64,000 nucleotides of DNA from an uncultured Chloroflexia bacterium (GCA_963825525.1 CAWGTN010000002.1:384001-448000), one strand, 5' to 3'. Positions 1 through 11,360 are shown, numbered from the stretch's first letter. Translations and numbers: made by a program. Notes: generated by a model not told the origin, from the letters alone.

Positions 1-1155
1 GGCGGGCCGCATCTTCCGGTCGCACCAGCTGGACGTGCTCGAGCCGATCCCGTGGCGCATCGTCGACACGCGCCGGCGCATGCTCGAGGGCATCCAGCGC
101 CACGGCCACCGCACGGTCGCCGATGGCGTGGAGCGCGAGGCCGATGCCCGCCGGTCGAGCCATGGCCGCGTCCGCCGCCAGCCGCTCCGGGCTGACCCGC
201 AGGATGCCGGCGATCGCCATCCGGCGTGAAGAGCGCGGCGGTTCCCGAGCCCAGCGCGCCATCGGTGTAGTGCTTGGCCCAGCCGATGCGCATCGTGCGG
301 CGGTCGACGATGGGCGTGCCGGTCCGCAGGCCGCGCGCGATCGCGGCGGGAATGGCATCGGCGGGAATCCCGATCGACAGGCGCAGGCGGCCATCGATGA
401 GGTCGCCCAGGTCCGAAAGGGTGGACGCGGAGTCACCGAGGTCCGCATCGGCGCCGATGCCATTGCGGTCGGTGTAATCCCCCGCCTCCGATGCGCCGGT
501 GATCCCCAGGGAGGCAAGCTCGCGGAGCGTCCGATCCAGGGGGTCGCGCAGGGCGGTGCCCTGCAGACGGCTGACGAGCGGCGCCACGAGGTCCATGGCT
601 CGCTCGCGCAGGATGCCATTCGGCTCGCCATGCTCGTCGCGCTCGAGGCGCCCACCGTCCGGGTCGGGCGTCCCGCCGCGGATCCCCGCCATCGCAAGAG
701 CGGCGCGCGACGCCCACGCCGAGTGCCCATCGTGACTCATGAGGTAGGCCGGCCGGCCATCCACGGCCTCGTCCAGGCGGGAGGACATGCCGGCCAGCTG
801 CGCCTCGCTCCAGCCGCGCCCGCGCACCCAGGCATCCGGGGCCAGCTCCTCCGCGGAGGCACGCAGGCGGGCAACAACGGCAGCGCCGTCGGGGGCGTCG
901 TTGAACGTGACGGCCAGGGTGGATCGAGCCAGGTCCACGAGGTGAATGTGGAAGTCGTGGAGGCCGGGAATGACCGCCGAGTCGCGAACGTCGATGAGCC
1001 GCGCACCGGGCGGAACCGCCACCTCGTCGCGGCGGCCGGCCTCGATCACGCGGCCATCGGCAATGGCGATGGCCTCCGCCGTCTCGAGGCCCTCGGCGTT
1101 GGCTGCCGAGCACGATCTGTCCGCGAATGACGATCTCCGCCCGGGGCGAGCTCAT
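1..1155 (-). CDS. Amidohydrolase family 3 (YtcJ-like), partial, runs off window; apparent +1 insertion near 1106
   Basis: ATG at 1155 overlaps upstream stop; after frame correction reads AEAIAIADGRVIEAG...VIPGLHDFHIHL (HxH metal motif); HAIG motif further downstream. Correct frame absent from ORF track. Confidence 0.8.
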
Positions 1156-2482
1156 GCGTCCGGGCGGCGAGGCGCGCGACGCGTCTGGACGAAACCGGCG
1201 GGCTCGGGCCCGAAGCGCGATGCGGACCAGCGCCGCCGGCACCACCACCAGCCAATGGCTCAGGAAGAGGGCGCCACGCGTTGCACCGCCAACCAGCGGC
1301 AGCCCACGCCGTCCCGCGGCCGCGAGGCCACCCAGGCCCAGCAGGAACACCCCGAAGCCGTAGCCGATGAACAGGGTCACCGGGACCGTCCAATCGACTG
1401 GTCGGGGCATCGGGATGGTGACGAGGGAGGCCACGATGGTGGCCACGAACAGCGGCGGAATGAGGAATTCGCCGGTGAACGCCAGGAAATCGGCCTTGCG
1501 ACTGAGCGGCTGCGACCCGGCCAGCAGACCGGGACCATGCTCGAGGAGACGCCGCAGACTGCCCTCCGCCCAGCGCAGCCGCTGACGCCACAGCGCATCC
1601 AGCGTCTCGACCGCCTCCTCCCCCACCTCGGCCTCGGGCCCCAGGGTCACGTGTCGCCCATAGGCCGACAGGCGTGTCGACAGCTCCAGGTCCTCGGTCA
1701 AGGACCGCTCGCTCCATCCGCCCACCGCCTCGAGTGCCTCGCGCCGCACGAACATCCCGTTGCCGCGCAGCTCCGCGGTGCCATCGGTCACCCAGCGACC
1801 GCATTGGCTGGCCATGTCCATGAGCTGCTCCTCGGCCTGCGCCCGCGGTCAGCCACGAATGGTCCGCGTTGCGGGGTCGTCGCGCCACCTGCAGCGCATC
1901 GGCTCGCGGGTCACGGGTCCAGGCGCGCATGACGCGTTCGAGAAATGACGGATCGACCCGCGTATCGGCGTCGATGATGCCGATGACGTCGCCCGACACG
2001 TACGGCATGGCAAAGGCCAGGACCGCGCCCTTGGTGGCGCGGCCCGATCCAGGCTCGCGGCGGCGAACGCTGACGCTCGCCCCATCCTGCACGGCCGAGC
2101 GCGCGGCCTCGCCGGTCGCGTCGTCGGAACCATCGTCGACGACCAGGACCTCGAACGCCGGCGTCCCCTCCCGGTGATAGCGAATGGCGGAGAGCGAACG
2201 GACGGTGTCGTCGATGACCTCCTGCTCGTTGCGGGCCGGGACGATGAGCGAGACGAATGGGAGGTCGTTCGCGAGGCCCGTCGGCTCGCTTGCGCCGCTT
2301 CTGGCGTCGAGCAGCGAGCGTCGCATCACGCGGCTGCCGCGCCAGGCCAGCCACGCGACATAGGCCATCGAGACGCCGATCGCGAGCTGGAGGGTTCGGG
2401 CGGCGAACGGGATCGTGATGGTCACCCACGCCACGAGGATCGAAGCGAGGAGGAAGGCGGCGGCGAAGAGCCTAGTCGCCAT
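1152..2482 (-). CDS. Glycosyltransferase family 2, MgdA-like; frameshifts near 1840 and 1210
   Basis: VPARNE, VDDGSDD, DAD, ELRGNGMFVRR, LTEDLEL and QRLRW motifs split over ORFs 1046..2671 and 433..1821; TM helices at both ends. Confidence 0.8.
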
Positions 2483-3987
2483 CGGCAGCCGGCCGCCGGC
2501 GGCGCCTCCGTCGGTGCGGTGGCTCGGGCGCGGGCTGCGCGGCCGGAGCGCCGGGCGCCGGCGCGTCGTCGACGGCGCTGCCCGGGTCATCGCCCTGGTC
2601 ATGGTCGTGGAGTCCCGCCCGGCTGTTGCGTCGCCACGAGGCGATGCCAGCCGCCAGCGCCCCGAGGCCAAGGACCGCCATGACCACCGGAATGCCGGCG
2701 CCGGGGAAGGCCAGGTTGATGACGTCGGCCGAAGCCGGCGCCAGGATCACCGGCAGGAACGAAGCCAGCGACAGCAGGGTATTGAGAATCCCGAAGATCC
2801 GACCCCGCACCTCGCTCGGCAGCTCCTCCTGGAGCGCGGTCTGCGACGGGATGGCGACGAACGCGTACTCCAGGCCGGCGAAGACCGCGATCACCACGAC
2901 GACCGCGATGAGGCTGATGAACGGCGAGATGGACGGAATGGCGTCCTCGAGGGGCGAGAAGGCCGGGCCGAAGACCGCGGTGATGGGCCGAACGAGGGCC
3001 AGCGCGACGAGCGTCACGCCCATCGCCACCAGGCCGACGTCGATCACCAGCCGCTTCGGCAATCCCTTGCCGTACGAGTTCAGGAACAGGATGCCCACCA
3101 CGGCGCCCAGGCCGGCCGGACCCATGATGAAGAAGAAGTCCTCAGCCCGAAGCAGGAGGATGTCGGTCGCAAAGCCGGGTCCGATGGCGCCCAGCACGCC
3201 GATGAGGCTGGCTGCCACGCCGAGGTAGGTCAGGCTCCAGGCGATCCGCCGGTTGGCGCGGATGAAGCCGATGCCCTCCGACAGCTGGCCCATGAGCTCA
3301 CGGACCGCGCGACCGGCGGCATCGCCGACAGCCGGCGCCTCGTGATCCGGACGGACGGACGGCAGACGGCGTGATGGCCGCTGCCGACAGGGCGAACATG
3401 ATCGCCACGATGATGTAGACAGCGGTCGAGCCCAGCACGTTGAGAACGAGCGGTCCCAGGACGCCGAACCCCAGGGCGAAGGTGGCATTGACCGTGACGA
3501 TGAAGAACGAGTTCGCGGCCATCAGATGCCGACGATCCACGATCCGCGGGATCGAAGTGAGCTCGGCCGGCGCGAAGACTGCGGTTGCCGTGGCCACCAC
3601 GAAGTTCACGAGATAGACGAGCGGCACGATGGCGGTGGAAGTCGTCGGCGCGACGAAGATGAACAGGATGACGCCGACCGCCCGGACCACGTTCGTGGTC
3701 AGCATGATGACCTTCGCGTCGCCACGCTCGACCAGCACTCCGCCGAGCGTGCTGAACAGGACGGCCGGCACGAGGAACGTCAGGATGAGCACCGCATTCG
3801 CCGTGTTCGACTGGCCCGTGCTCTCGAACACGGTGACCATGAGGGCGGCCAGCACCATGTTGCTCGCCAGCTGGCTCAACGCCTGGGCCGACCACAGATA
3901 GACGAACGCGCGGTTCTTGAAGACCGATCCCGTCCCCGTCAGATCCTGCGTACCTGCAGCGTCGGGTGGCAGCTCGATGTGCGCCAT
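2472..3987 (-). CDS. MFS transporter; frameshift near 3365
   Basis: N half (3298..3987: FKNRAFVYLWSAQALSQ, FAPAE) plus C half (2472..3488: EGIGFIR, LQEELPSEVRGRIFG); about 12 TM helices. Confidence 0.85.
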
Positions 3988-3991
3988 CGAA

Positions 3992-4204
3992 CTAGGACTC
4001 CTCGGGGCCGCGTGCCAGGTAGCCGGTGAATCGTCGCTCCACCTCCAGGCGGTCCATGAGAATGCGATGGCCGCAGCCTGCGCACACGAGGCCGATGTCG
4101 GCGCCGAGTCTCACGACTTCCCAGTCATGGCTGCCGCACGGATGCGGCTTGCGAAGTCGCAGCTGATCACCGATGCGCAGGTCGAGGGGACCGGCCACGA
4201 TCAC
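3992..4204 (-). CDS. DUF951 family protein
   Basis: LRKPHPCGSHDWEVVRLGADIGLVCAGCGHRILM signature; GTG overlaps upstream TGA. Confidence 0.85.
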   Translation of the reverse strand: MIVAGPLDLRIGDQLRLRKPHPCGSHDWEVVRLGADIGLVCAGCGHRILMDRLEVERRFTGYLARGPEES

Positions 4205-5565
4205 TCGCCACCCTCCCCGGACGTGACCCCGGTGAAGTTGAACGACCCCAGGTGCGCGGCCGGCACGCGATACGTGCCGAGGAACTCGCCCGGCAGCAGC
4301 ATCGTGCTCGCGCCGAGCGCGCGGACGTCGCTGAATGCCTCGGGGATCGACTGGGTGAATCGGAAATTCATGAGTGGCCGGGTGATCCGACCATCCTCGA
4401 TCAGGAACGTCCCATCCTTGGTCATGCCGGTCAGGATCGCCTTCTTCGGATGCACGACGTTGATGTAGTGGAAGCGCGTGACCCACACGCCGCGCTTGAC
4501 GCCGGCGATGAGCTCGGCGCGTGGCGTCTCACCCGGGGCCATGAAGACATTGAACGGCATTGGGCCGTACAGGCTGGGTGCCGGCAGCGCATGGCCGGTG
4601 GAACCGGTACCCGCACGGGAGCCCGTGGCCGCATCGTGGACCACGGCGTTGGCGATCCCTTCGTCGATGAGCTGGACCCGCTGTCGGGCCATGCCCTCGA
4701 AGTCGATCGCCGACGGGATGCCGGTCGGATCGGCGCCGTCGTCCCAGATGCTCACGCGCTCGCTCATGAGCCGCTGGCCGAGGTCCATGAAGGACCGCCC
4801 CTCCTCGAGCGCCAGGCCCGAGAAGCCGATGTAGGCCAGGTACTCGAGAAGGCCGGCGACGGCATGCTCCTCGAGGATCACCTCGTACTCGCCCGGATCC
4901 AGGGGGCCGGCGCCGCGCATCGTGTCGCCCTTGGTTGCGGCGTCCTTCCCGATCGCCTCGGCGTCGATCTCGCCCAGGTCGGTGGCTCCGGCATGCGCGT
5001 AGCCCGAGGCCGCTCCGGCCCCGTAGCCGTCCATCATCACCGTCAGCAGCTTGGCTCGCGTGGCGCGGTGGCGCGCCCGAACCCCGTGGGAGTTCGCGAC
5101 CGCGACCGTCCCGACGCCGGTCGAGAACGAGCCAGATGTCTGGAGTCCCTTCGCCTCGCCGGCAGCGATCACGGCCCTTGCGCCCTCGGCTCGCCTGTCA
5201 GGCGACGCATCGGCCGTGGCCTGCACGAACCCGAGGTCCGGGTCATGTTCCCGACCGTCCGGCTCGGGCATGATCGCGGCGCGCGGGTTGGGTTCCGATC
5301 GCTGGGCAATCGCGGTCGCGCGCTCCACGACCTCCCGGATCCCGGCGTCGTCGAGCCGATTGGTGCCGGCCACCCCGATGCGCTGCTGGTCGATGACCCG
5401 CACCTGGAGCGCCGCGTCGTGCTCCCGCACGTTCTGGTGGATCTGGTTGTTCGCGAAGCGGGTGAGCGCCGAGTCCTCCGCCATGTAGAGCGCTTCGGTG
5501 GCTTCGGCGCTCGAGGCGGCAAGGGCCAGGTCCAGGATCTCGTCGACCCGATCGGCGGCTACCAC
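4201..5565 (-). CDS. TldD/PmbA family protein (PmbA/TldE-like subunit)
   Basis: LTRFANNQIHQN, DFEG, STGHA, GVWVTRFHY, TGMTKDG motifs; lacks HExxxH; adjacent to TldD. Confidence 0.88.
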   Translation of the reverse strand: MVAADRVDEILDLALAASSAEATEALYMAEDSALTRFANNQIHQNVREHDAALQVRVIDQQRIGVAGTNRLDDAGIREVVERATAIAQRSEPNPRAAIMPEPDGREHDPDLGFVQATADASPDRRAEGARAVIAAGEAKGLQTSGSFSTGVGTVAVANSHGVRARHRATRAKLLTVMMDGYGAGAASGYAHAGATDLGEIDAEAIGKDAATKGDTMRGAGPLDPGEYEVILEEHAVAGLLEYLAYIGFSGLALEEGRSFMDLGQRLMSERVSIWDDGADPTGIPSAIDFEGMARQRVQLIDEGIANAVVHDAATGSRAGTGSTGHALPAPSLYGPMPFNVFMAPGETPRAELIAGVKRGVWVTRFHYINVVHPKKAILTGMTKDGTFLIEDGRITRPLMNFRFTQSIPEAFSDVRALGASTMLLPGEFLGTYRVPAAHLGSFNFTGVTSGEGGE

Positions 5566-7007
5566 CGACCCACCCCCACCTGCACGTTGCGGAATCTCGC
5601 AGGGGCCGCCCCGTGACCGACGTGCCCGGTCTGCATCGGCTCGCCCTTGCCGCAGTTCGGCAGGCCCCACAGCGTCCATTCGTCTGCGCCGCAGATGGCG
5701 TCGCAGCTGCCCCAGAAGCGGGGGGTGATGCCGGTGTAGGTCGGGTTCTTCACGAGCTGGGTGCGCTTTCCATTCTTGATGATCCAGCCGGCCTGGTCGC
5801 CGAACTGGAAGTTCAGCCGTCGATCGTCGATCGACCAGCTCTTGTTGACGCTCATGTAGATGCCGTCACGGGTATCGGCGATGAGGTCCTCGAGAGACCC
5901 GGCGTTGCCCGGGCGAAGGTTGATGTTCGTCATGCGGATCAGCGGGATCTGGCTCCAGGTCCACGCTCGGCTGCTGCCCATGCTCTGACGGCCGATGCGC
6001 GGCGCCGTCTCGCGGCTGGTCAGGTAGCCCACCAGGATGCCGTTCTCGATGAGTGGCACGTTCTGGGCCGGGACACCCTCGTCGTCGAATCCGAACGTGC
6101 CGAGACCGCCGGGGGCGGTGGCATCGGCGTCGATGTTCACGATCTCGCTGCCGTAGCGCAGGTTCCCGAGCTTGTCCGTGGTCAGGAAGCTCGTGCCCGC
6201 GAAGCTCGCCTCGGTTCCGAACACGCGGTCCAGCTCGGTCGGATGACCGCATGACTCGTGAATCTGGAGTGCGACCTGCGTGGAGTCGATGATGAGGTCC
6301 ATCTCGCCCGACGGGCACTGCGGAGCATCGAGCAGCGCGACCGCCAGCTCGGCCGTCTCCTGGGCGTGTTCGACGAGGTCAAGCGCACGCACGGCCTCGA
6401 AGCCACCGGTGACCACCTGGCCACCGAACGAGTTCGGGTAGCTTCGCTGCTGAACCTCGCTGTCATTGACCGCGGTCGCCTCGATGCCGCCGCCGGCCTC
6501 CACGATCTCCTGCTCGATCCGGGCGCCCGTGGAGGATGCGAACGTCTTGATCTCGCGACCGGCCACAACGCTCCCCTCACGGATCGCGATCCCCGGCACC
6601 CGACCCATGGCCGCATCGGCCTCCATGAGGATCTTCAGCTTGTCGTCGAGACTGACGGCGAAGGGGTCATCGGTGTACGGCGTCCGGTAGGTCGCGGTGA
6701 CGGGAGCCGTATCGTCGAGCTCGACAGGCTCCTTCTGGGCGGTCGCCGACGCGCGAGCGATTTCGACCGCCTCGGCGGCGATCCGATCCGCCTCCCCGGG
6801 TTCGAGATGGGCGCTGGAACTGAATCCCCAGGCGCCGTTGACGAGGACACGAATCCCGAAGCCGGCGCTCACGTTTGAGGTGGCCGCCTCGAGCGCACCG
6901 TTCTTCACCGTCAGCCCCTCGTTGCGGCGCTCGACGATCCGAATGTCGGCGTACTGGGCGCCAAGTCGGTCAGCCGTATCGAGGGCGCGGTCGATCAGAT
7001 CGTTCAC
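5559..7007 (-). CDS. tldD: TldD metalloprotease
   Basis: HESCGH zinc motif, GFDDEG, RMTN, C-terminal CGKGEP. Confidence 0.9.
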   Translation of the reverse strand: MNDLIDRALDTADRLGAQYADIRIVERRNEGLTVKNGALEAATSNVSAGFGIRVLVNGAWGFSSSAHLEPGEADRIAAEAVEIARASATAQKEPVELDDTAPVTATYRTPYTDDPFAVSLDDKLKILMEADAAMGRVPGIAIREGSVVAGREIKTFASSTGARIEQEIVEAGGGIEATAVNDSEVQQRSYPNSFGGQVVTGGFEAVRALDLVEHAQETAELAVALLDAPQCPSGEMDLIIDSTQVALQIHESCGHPTELDRVFGTEASFAGTSFLTTDKLGNLRYGSEIVNIDADATAPGGLGTFGFDDEGVPAQNVPLIENGILVGYLTSRETAPRIGRQSMGSSRAWTWSQIPLIRMTNINLRPGNAGSLEDLIADTRDGIYMSVNKSWSIDDRRLNFQFGDQAGWIIKNGKRTQLVKNPTYTGITPRFWGSCDAICGADEWTLWGLPNCGKGEPMQTGHVGHGAAPARFRNVQVGVGRW

Positions 7008-7043
7008 AGCAGTTCCATGCGGTTGGGTGGATGGCGGTACAGG

Positions 7044-7715
7044 CTACTCGACGGGCTGGGCGACCTGCGGGCTGAGATCGCGCAGGGTCCCCGGCACGCG
7101 CAGGTCGGTCCGTTCCTCGATCACGAAGACCGCGTCGATCGACTGCTGGAGGAGGGTCAGGATCCCGCCGGGACGCTCCATGGCGCTCTGCAGCCCCTGG
7201 GGTGAGCCGATTGCCCGGATCGTGAACGAGCGCCCGATGGGCACGCCGTCGATCTCGATGCTGCCGGGACCGAGCACGGCGACCGACCGGGCGGTGATCC
7301 GAACGTCGTCGATGGCGATCGCCTCCGCAGCGGCGTTGCGCAGCTCGTAGATGAGGTCGTTGACCGCCGTCGGGTCGAATGACCCGTCGACCCGCATCTC
7401 GATCCCCTGCCCGTCAACGGCCCGGAGCCCGGCGAAGGCGGCGAGGCGAGCCAGGTCCTCCTCGGTCAGCTCGCGAGCGGACTGGCCCTGCAGCTCGGCG
7501 CGCTCGTAGTCGCGGATCTGCTCGTTCAGGTTGGCAAGGCCATCGCGAAGCTCCACGTTGCGCCTTGACAGGGTGTCGATGAGGGTCGACAGCTCCTGCG
7601 CCGAAAGGCTGGAGAGCTCGATGGGCCGGGCCTGGGAGCGCAGCTGTCCGACCAGCAGGACGCCGATGACGAGGGCGACCGCGAACAGGCTGATCTGGGC
7701 CATTCGGGCGATCAT
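7044..7715 (-). CDS. DUF881 domain membrane protein
   Basis: N-terminal TM, coiled coil, GLRAVDGQGI, ELRNAAAEAIAI, FTIRAIG. Confidence 0.85.
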   Translation of the reverse strand: MIARMAQISLFAVALVIGVLLVGQLRSQARPIELSSLSAQELSTLIDTLSRRNVELRDGLANLNEQIRDYERAELQGQSARELTEEDLARLAAFAGLRAVDGQGIEMRVDGSFDPTAVNDLIYELRNAAAEAIAIDDVRITARSVAVLGPGSIEIDGVPIGRSFTIRAIGSPQGLQSAMERPGGILTLLQQSIDAVFVIEERTDLRVPGTLRDLSPQVAQPVE

Positions 7716-8497
7716 CAGTCGTCCCCGGTCACGGGCGCGCCCCAGCGCAGCCCCGTGCTGCCGACGAAGGCGGGAAGCTCAACGTTGTCGCGAGCCTGGC
7801 TCTCGAACTGAAGGCCGTAGGCCTCGATCCGCCGCGCAACTCGTACAAGGTAGGTGGGATGGGCGAGGAACCGCTCGTGGAGCCCCTCGGGCCCGATGGC
7901 CTCGATGCGGAACGGCGGCGACAGGAATGCCGTGTTCACCAGGATCGAGGACCCGACTCCATAGATGGACGTCGTGGACACCAGCCTCTCGGCCGGGATG
8001 CCCTCGGCGGCGCCGCCGGCGATCGTGATCGCCTCCGCTCCCGATGCCCACAGAGCCGTCACGAGGTCCCGAATGTCGTCGACCAGGACGATGTAGTTCG
8101 CGGGACTCTCCCCTTCGGGGACCGGCCGCGTGGAGTCGGCGATCTCGATCACGGCCCCAGGCCCGGCGACCGCGTCGAGGCCCGAAGCGAGGCGCGCCAC
8201 CGCGAGCGCATCAGTCAACGCCTTCAGCTCGCTCGCAGATCCCTCGCTTCGCTCCTGGAAATCGCGCACCCGCGACTCGGCCGCGGTGATGTCCTCGCGC
8301 AGGGCGTCCTGCTGCCGCCGGAGCTGCTCCGCCTCGGTGATGAGCACGCGTTGCGCGGAGGTCACGAACTCCTGGCGGGCAAACTGGCTGTTCCACTGGG
8401 CAGCACCCACGAACCCGATGGCGGCCAGCGCCACGGCAATGCTGATCGCCCATTGCGGTCGCGAGAAGCGACGCGGAGCCGGGTGTCGGCGCGTCAT
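7715..8497 (-). CDS. DUF881 domain membrane protein
   Basis: TM, coiled coil, GLDAVAGPG, LWASGAEAITI, SPPFRIEAIG. Confidence 0.85.
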   Translation of the reverse strand: MTRRHPAPRRFSRPQWAISIAVALAAIGFVGAAQWNSQFARQEFVTSAQRVLITEAEQLRRQQDALREDITAAESRVRDFQERSEGSASELKALTDALAVARLASGLDAVAGPGAVIEIADSTRPVPEGESPANYIVLVDDIRDLVTALWASGAEAITIAGGAAEGIPAERLVSTTSIYGVGSSILVNTAFLSPPFRIEAIGPEGLHERFLAHPTYLVRVARRIEAYGLQFESQARDNVELPAFVGSTGLRWGAPVTGDD

Positions 8498-9819
8498 GAC
8501 GCGCGCCGTTCCGCCCGGCGGAGGACGAGAACGGCCGCCACGATGGCTGCAGCTGCCGCGATGACGAGGAGGACGAGGAGCAGCAGGGCGTCGCCCGCGG
8601 CGCCACCCGAATCCGTGCCGGGTGCCGCGTCGGGCGGAACCTCGGGACGTCCGTCGACCCCGCCGGGATCGACACTGCCGGCCGCCGGGCGGTCCACGTT
8701 CGACGCACCGATCGGGTCGGGGCTGACCGGTTGCGGCGCGTCAACCCCGAACTCGTCGAAGAACTCGGTGTACAGAGCATCGGCGCTGATGCCTGTGCCG
8801 GCCTCGAGAGCCTCGGCATCGCTCGCGCCATCCTGGAATGCGGCGGCGATGCGGGCGATTGCCTCACGGCCGTATCGGTCGACGATGAGGTCCACCATCG
8901 TGGTCCCCTGCGCGTAGGACAGCTGGCCGGCGCGGTCACCGATCGGGAACTGCTCGCTGATGGCATCGAACGAGAACAGACCGCCGCCACTCGCCTCGAA
9001 CTCGACGATGCCGCGCTGCTGACCCGCATCCTGGGACTCCGACCAGGTCGCGATTCCCTCGTTCAGCCAGCGGGCCGGTTCGTGGAACGCGTTATCGGTG
9101 GCGTCGGCGAAGACGATATGGGTGACCTCGTGGACCATCGCGACCTCGAGGTAGTCGTTCGAGCCGGCTCCGAGCCACATGAAGATCGTCCGCATCTCGG
9201 AGAAGGCGGCCGCCCCGGTCCACTCGCGGGCTCCGGGACCCAGCGCCTTGAAGAAGTCGTCACGCGACGCGTACACGAAGACGTCCACCGGCCCGGCCAG
9301 GCGGGTGCCGAGCAGATCCTCCGCCTGGGCAACGCCATCCGCCGTCAGCTCCCCGAAGCGTCGAGCCTGCGCCTCGGCATCTCCGTACCAGTGGACGGTG
9401 GCCTCCCCGAGCTGCGCTCGCTGCCACCCCAGGCTCTCGCGGTCGTCCTCGTAGCGAATGGTGGATGTCTCGCTCAGCTCAGCCGTTCCGTCGTCGGTTG
9501 TCGCCCGCCACCAGTACGTGATCAGGGTGTTGGGCGTCACGTAGTCGACCGACGTGTCCCACACGTAGGTCGCGGAGCTGCCGCTCGCCTCGACGGGAAG
9601 GACGACCGCGGTATCGCTGCCGGGGAACCGTGCCAGCAGCTCGAGCCGATCCGGCTCGCCGCCCTGGAGCTCCACGTCGAAGCGAATCTCGACCTCGTAC
9701 GTCGAATCGGCGCTCACCTCACCGAATCCGCTGAAGGCGGCCACGGGCGATGCGAGCACAAGGGTGGTCGCCGCCAGCGCGAGCACCGGAACGACAGCTC
9801 CTCGAATCAGCCGTCCCAT
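8494..9819 (-). CDS. Secreted, C-terminally membrane-anchored gluzincin (peptidase MA-like)
   Basis: Signal peptide, HEVTH...WLNEGIA, C-terminal TM with basic tail. Confidence 0.85.
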   Translation of the reverse strand: MGRLIRGAVVPVLALAATTLVLASPVAAFSGFGEVSADSTYEVEIRFDVELQGGEPDRLELLARFPGSDTAVVLPVEASGSSATYVWDTSVDYVTPNTLITYWWRATTDDGTAELSETSTIRYEDDRESLGWQRAQLGEATVHWYGDAEAQARRFGELTADGVAQAEDLLGTRLAGPVDVFVYASRDDFFKALGPGAREWTGAAAFSEMRTIFMWLGAGSNDYLEVAMVHEVTHIVFADATDNAFHEPARWLNEGIATWSESQDAGQQRGIVEFEASGGGLFSFDAISEQFPIGDRAGQLSYAQGTTMVDLIVDRYGREAIARIAAAFQDGASDAEALEAGTGISADALYTEFFDEFGVDAPQPVSPDPIGASNVDRPAAGSVDPGGVDGRPEVPPDAAPGTDSGGAAGDALLLLVLLVIAAAAAIVAAVLVLRRAERRAS

Positions 9820-11360
9820 GACACCCTCCCGAAATCGATCAGGCCGATCGTGAGGTTGCCCAGGCCGCGCAGGCCGTCGGCCACCAACCACCAATTCTCG
9901 TCATACGACCACGGAATGACCGGCGCCTCCTCCGCCACGCGCTCCTCGACCGCGTCGTACGCGCGGCCGACCTCGTCTTCGGCTGCCCCCGCGGCCGCGT
10001 CCAGCAGTCGAACGAAGTCGGCGTCGCGCCATCGCCCGTAGTTGCTCAGTGCGTCCGGCTCGAGGAGAAGGCCGTACAGCGCGTGCGGAGACGCGTAGTC
10101 GGCGATCCAGTTGATCGTGAAGATCTGCGGCGGTCTCGACTCCAGGTCCTGGAGAAATGCCCCGGCACCGGGAGTCTCCGTCTCGATGGTCACGCCCAGC
10201 TCTTCGCGCCATACGGCGACAGCCGGGTCAACAAAGAGCCCGTAGGCGTTGACCGTGATCGTGCCCAGGTCCGCCCGATCCTCGTACCCGGCCTCGTCGA
10301 GCAATTGGCGGGCGCGGGCTGGATCGCTCGCCAGGCGCGGGCTGAAGCCCTCTGGCCAGATGGCGGGAGGCACGATGCTCGCCGCCGCCATCGATCCACC
10401 GCCCTCCGACAGCGGCACCAGGCGCTCCCGGTCGAGTGCAAGGCTGAACGCCAGGCGCACGCGGGCATCGTCGAACGGCGGACGCGACGTGTCGAATCCG
10501 AAGTAGCTGATGGTGAGCGGCTCGGCGGCATGCAGCCGCTTGCCGAGGTCGCGGTCATAGGCAATCCAGGTGGCGTCCGAGCCGGCCACCGGCGCCAGGT
10601 CGACGTTCCCGTCCGCGAACGCGTTCACCGATCCGCCGTCAGCACCTCCCACCCACCGAACCTCGTCGATCGGAGGCGGACCGGCGACGTAGCGCGGGTT
10701 TGCCTTGAGCACGACATCGGCGCCATCGAGGCCATCGATGACGTAGGGGCCGCTGCCGACGAAGGCATCCGGGTTCTGCCAGGTCGGCGTCGCATCGGCC
10801 GTCGCCGGGACGACGAACGTGGTCGGAGTTGCCACGATGTCAAGAAAGTACGAGGCCGGGTGCCGAAGGGTGACGATCAGGGTTCGATCATCGGGCGCCG
10901 CGATCGCGACCTCGTCCGCCTCGATCTCCCCGGCGATGCGCTCCGGCGCGCCACGGATGATGCTCAGCACATCGGGCGCCGTTGCACTCGTGGCCGGGTC
11001 CAGCAGGCGAAGCCACGAGCGTCGGACATCCTCGGCCACCAGCGGATCGCCATCGCTGAACTCGAGATCGGGTCGAATCGCGAACTCATAGGTGAGCCCG
11101 TCGTCGCTGATCTCCCACCCGGAGGCGAGAGAGGGGTACGGCTCGCCGGTCTCGTCCAGCCGCGTCAACCCGGCATACACCTGGAGCAGGAACTGCACGT
11201 CGCCGGCGTTGATGATGAACGCCGGATCGAGGGTGCTCGGCGCTCCGCCCAGGTAGCGGAGGGGCGGGCCGGCGGCGCGCGCGCTGCTGCCCGGAAGCGC
11301 CACGGCCAGCACGACAGCGCCCGCCGCGACCAACGCGGCTACCCGTGTCAGATGTCGCAT
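9807..11360 (-). CDS. ABC peptide substrate-binding protein (family 5, OppA-like)
   Basis: TLDP, SDDGLTYEF, FSDG, GSGPY, PPFDDARVRLA motifs; signal peptide. Confidence 0.9.
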   Translation of the reverse strand: MRHLTRVAALVAAGAVVLAVALPGSSARAAGPPLRYLGGAPSTLDPAFIINAGDVQFLLQVYAGLTRLDETGEPYPSLASGWEISDDGLTYEFAIRPDLEFSDGDPLVAEDVRRSWLRLLDPATSATAPDVLSIIRGAPERIAGEIEADEVAIAAPDDRTLIVTLRHPASYFLDIVATPTTFVVPATADATPTWQNPDAFVGSGPYVIDGLDGADVVLKANPRYVAGPPPIDEVRWVGGADGGSVNAFADGNVDLAPVAGSDATWIAYDRDLGKRLHAAEPLTISYFGFDTSRPPFDDARVRLAFSLALDRERLVPLSEGGGSMAAASIVPPAIWPEGFSPRLASDPARARQLLDEAGYEDRADLGTITVNAYGLFVDPAVAVWREELGVTIETETPGAGAFLQDLESRPPQIFTINWIADYASPHALYGLLLEPDALSNYGRWRDADFVRLLDAAAGAAEDEVGRAYDAVEERVAEEAPVIPWSYDENWWLVADGLRGLGNLTIGLIDFGRVSWDG

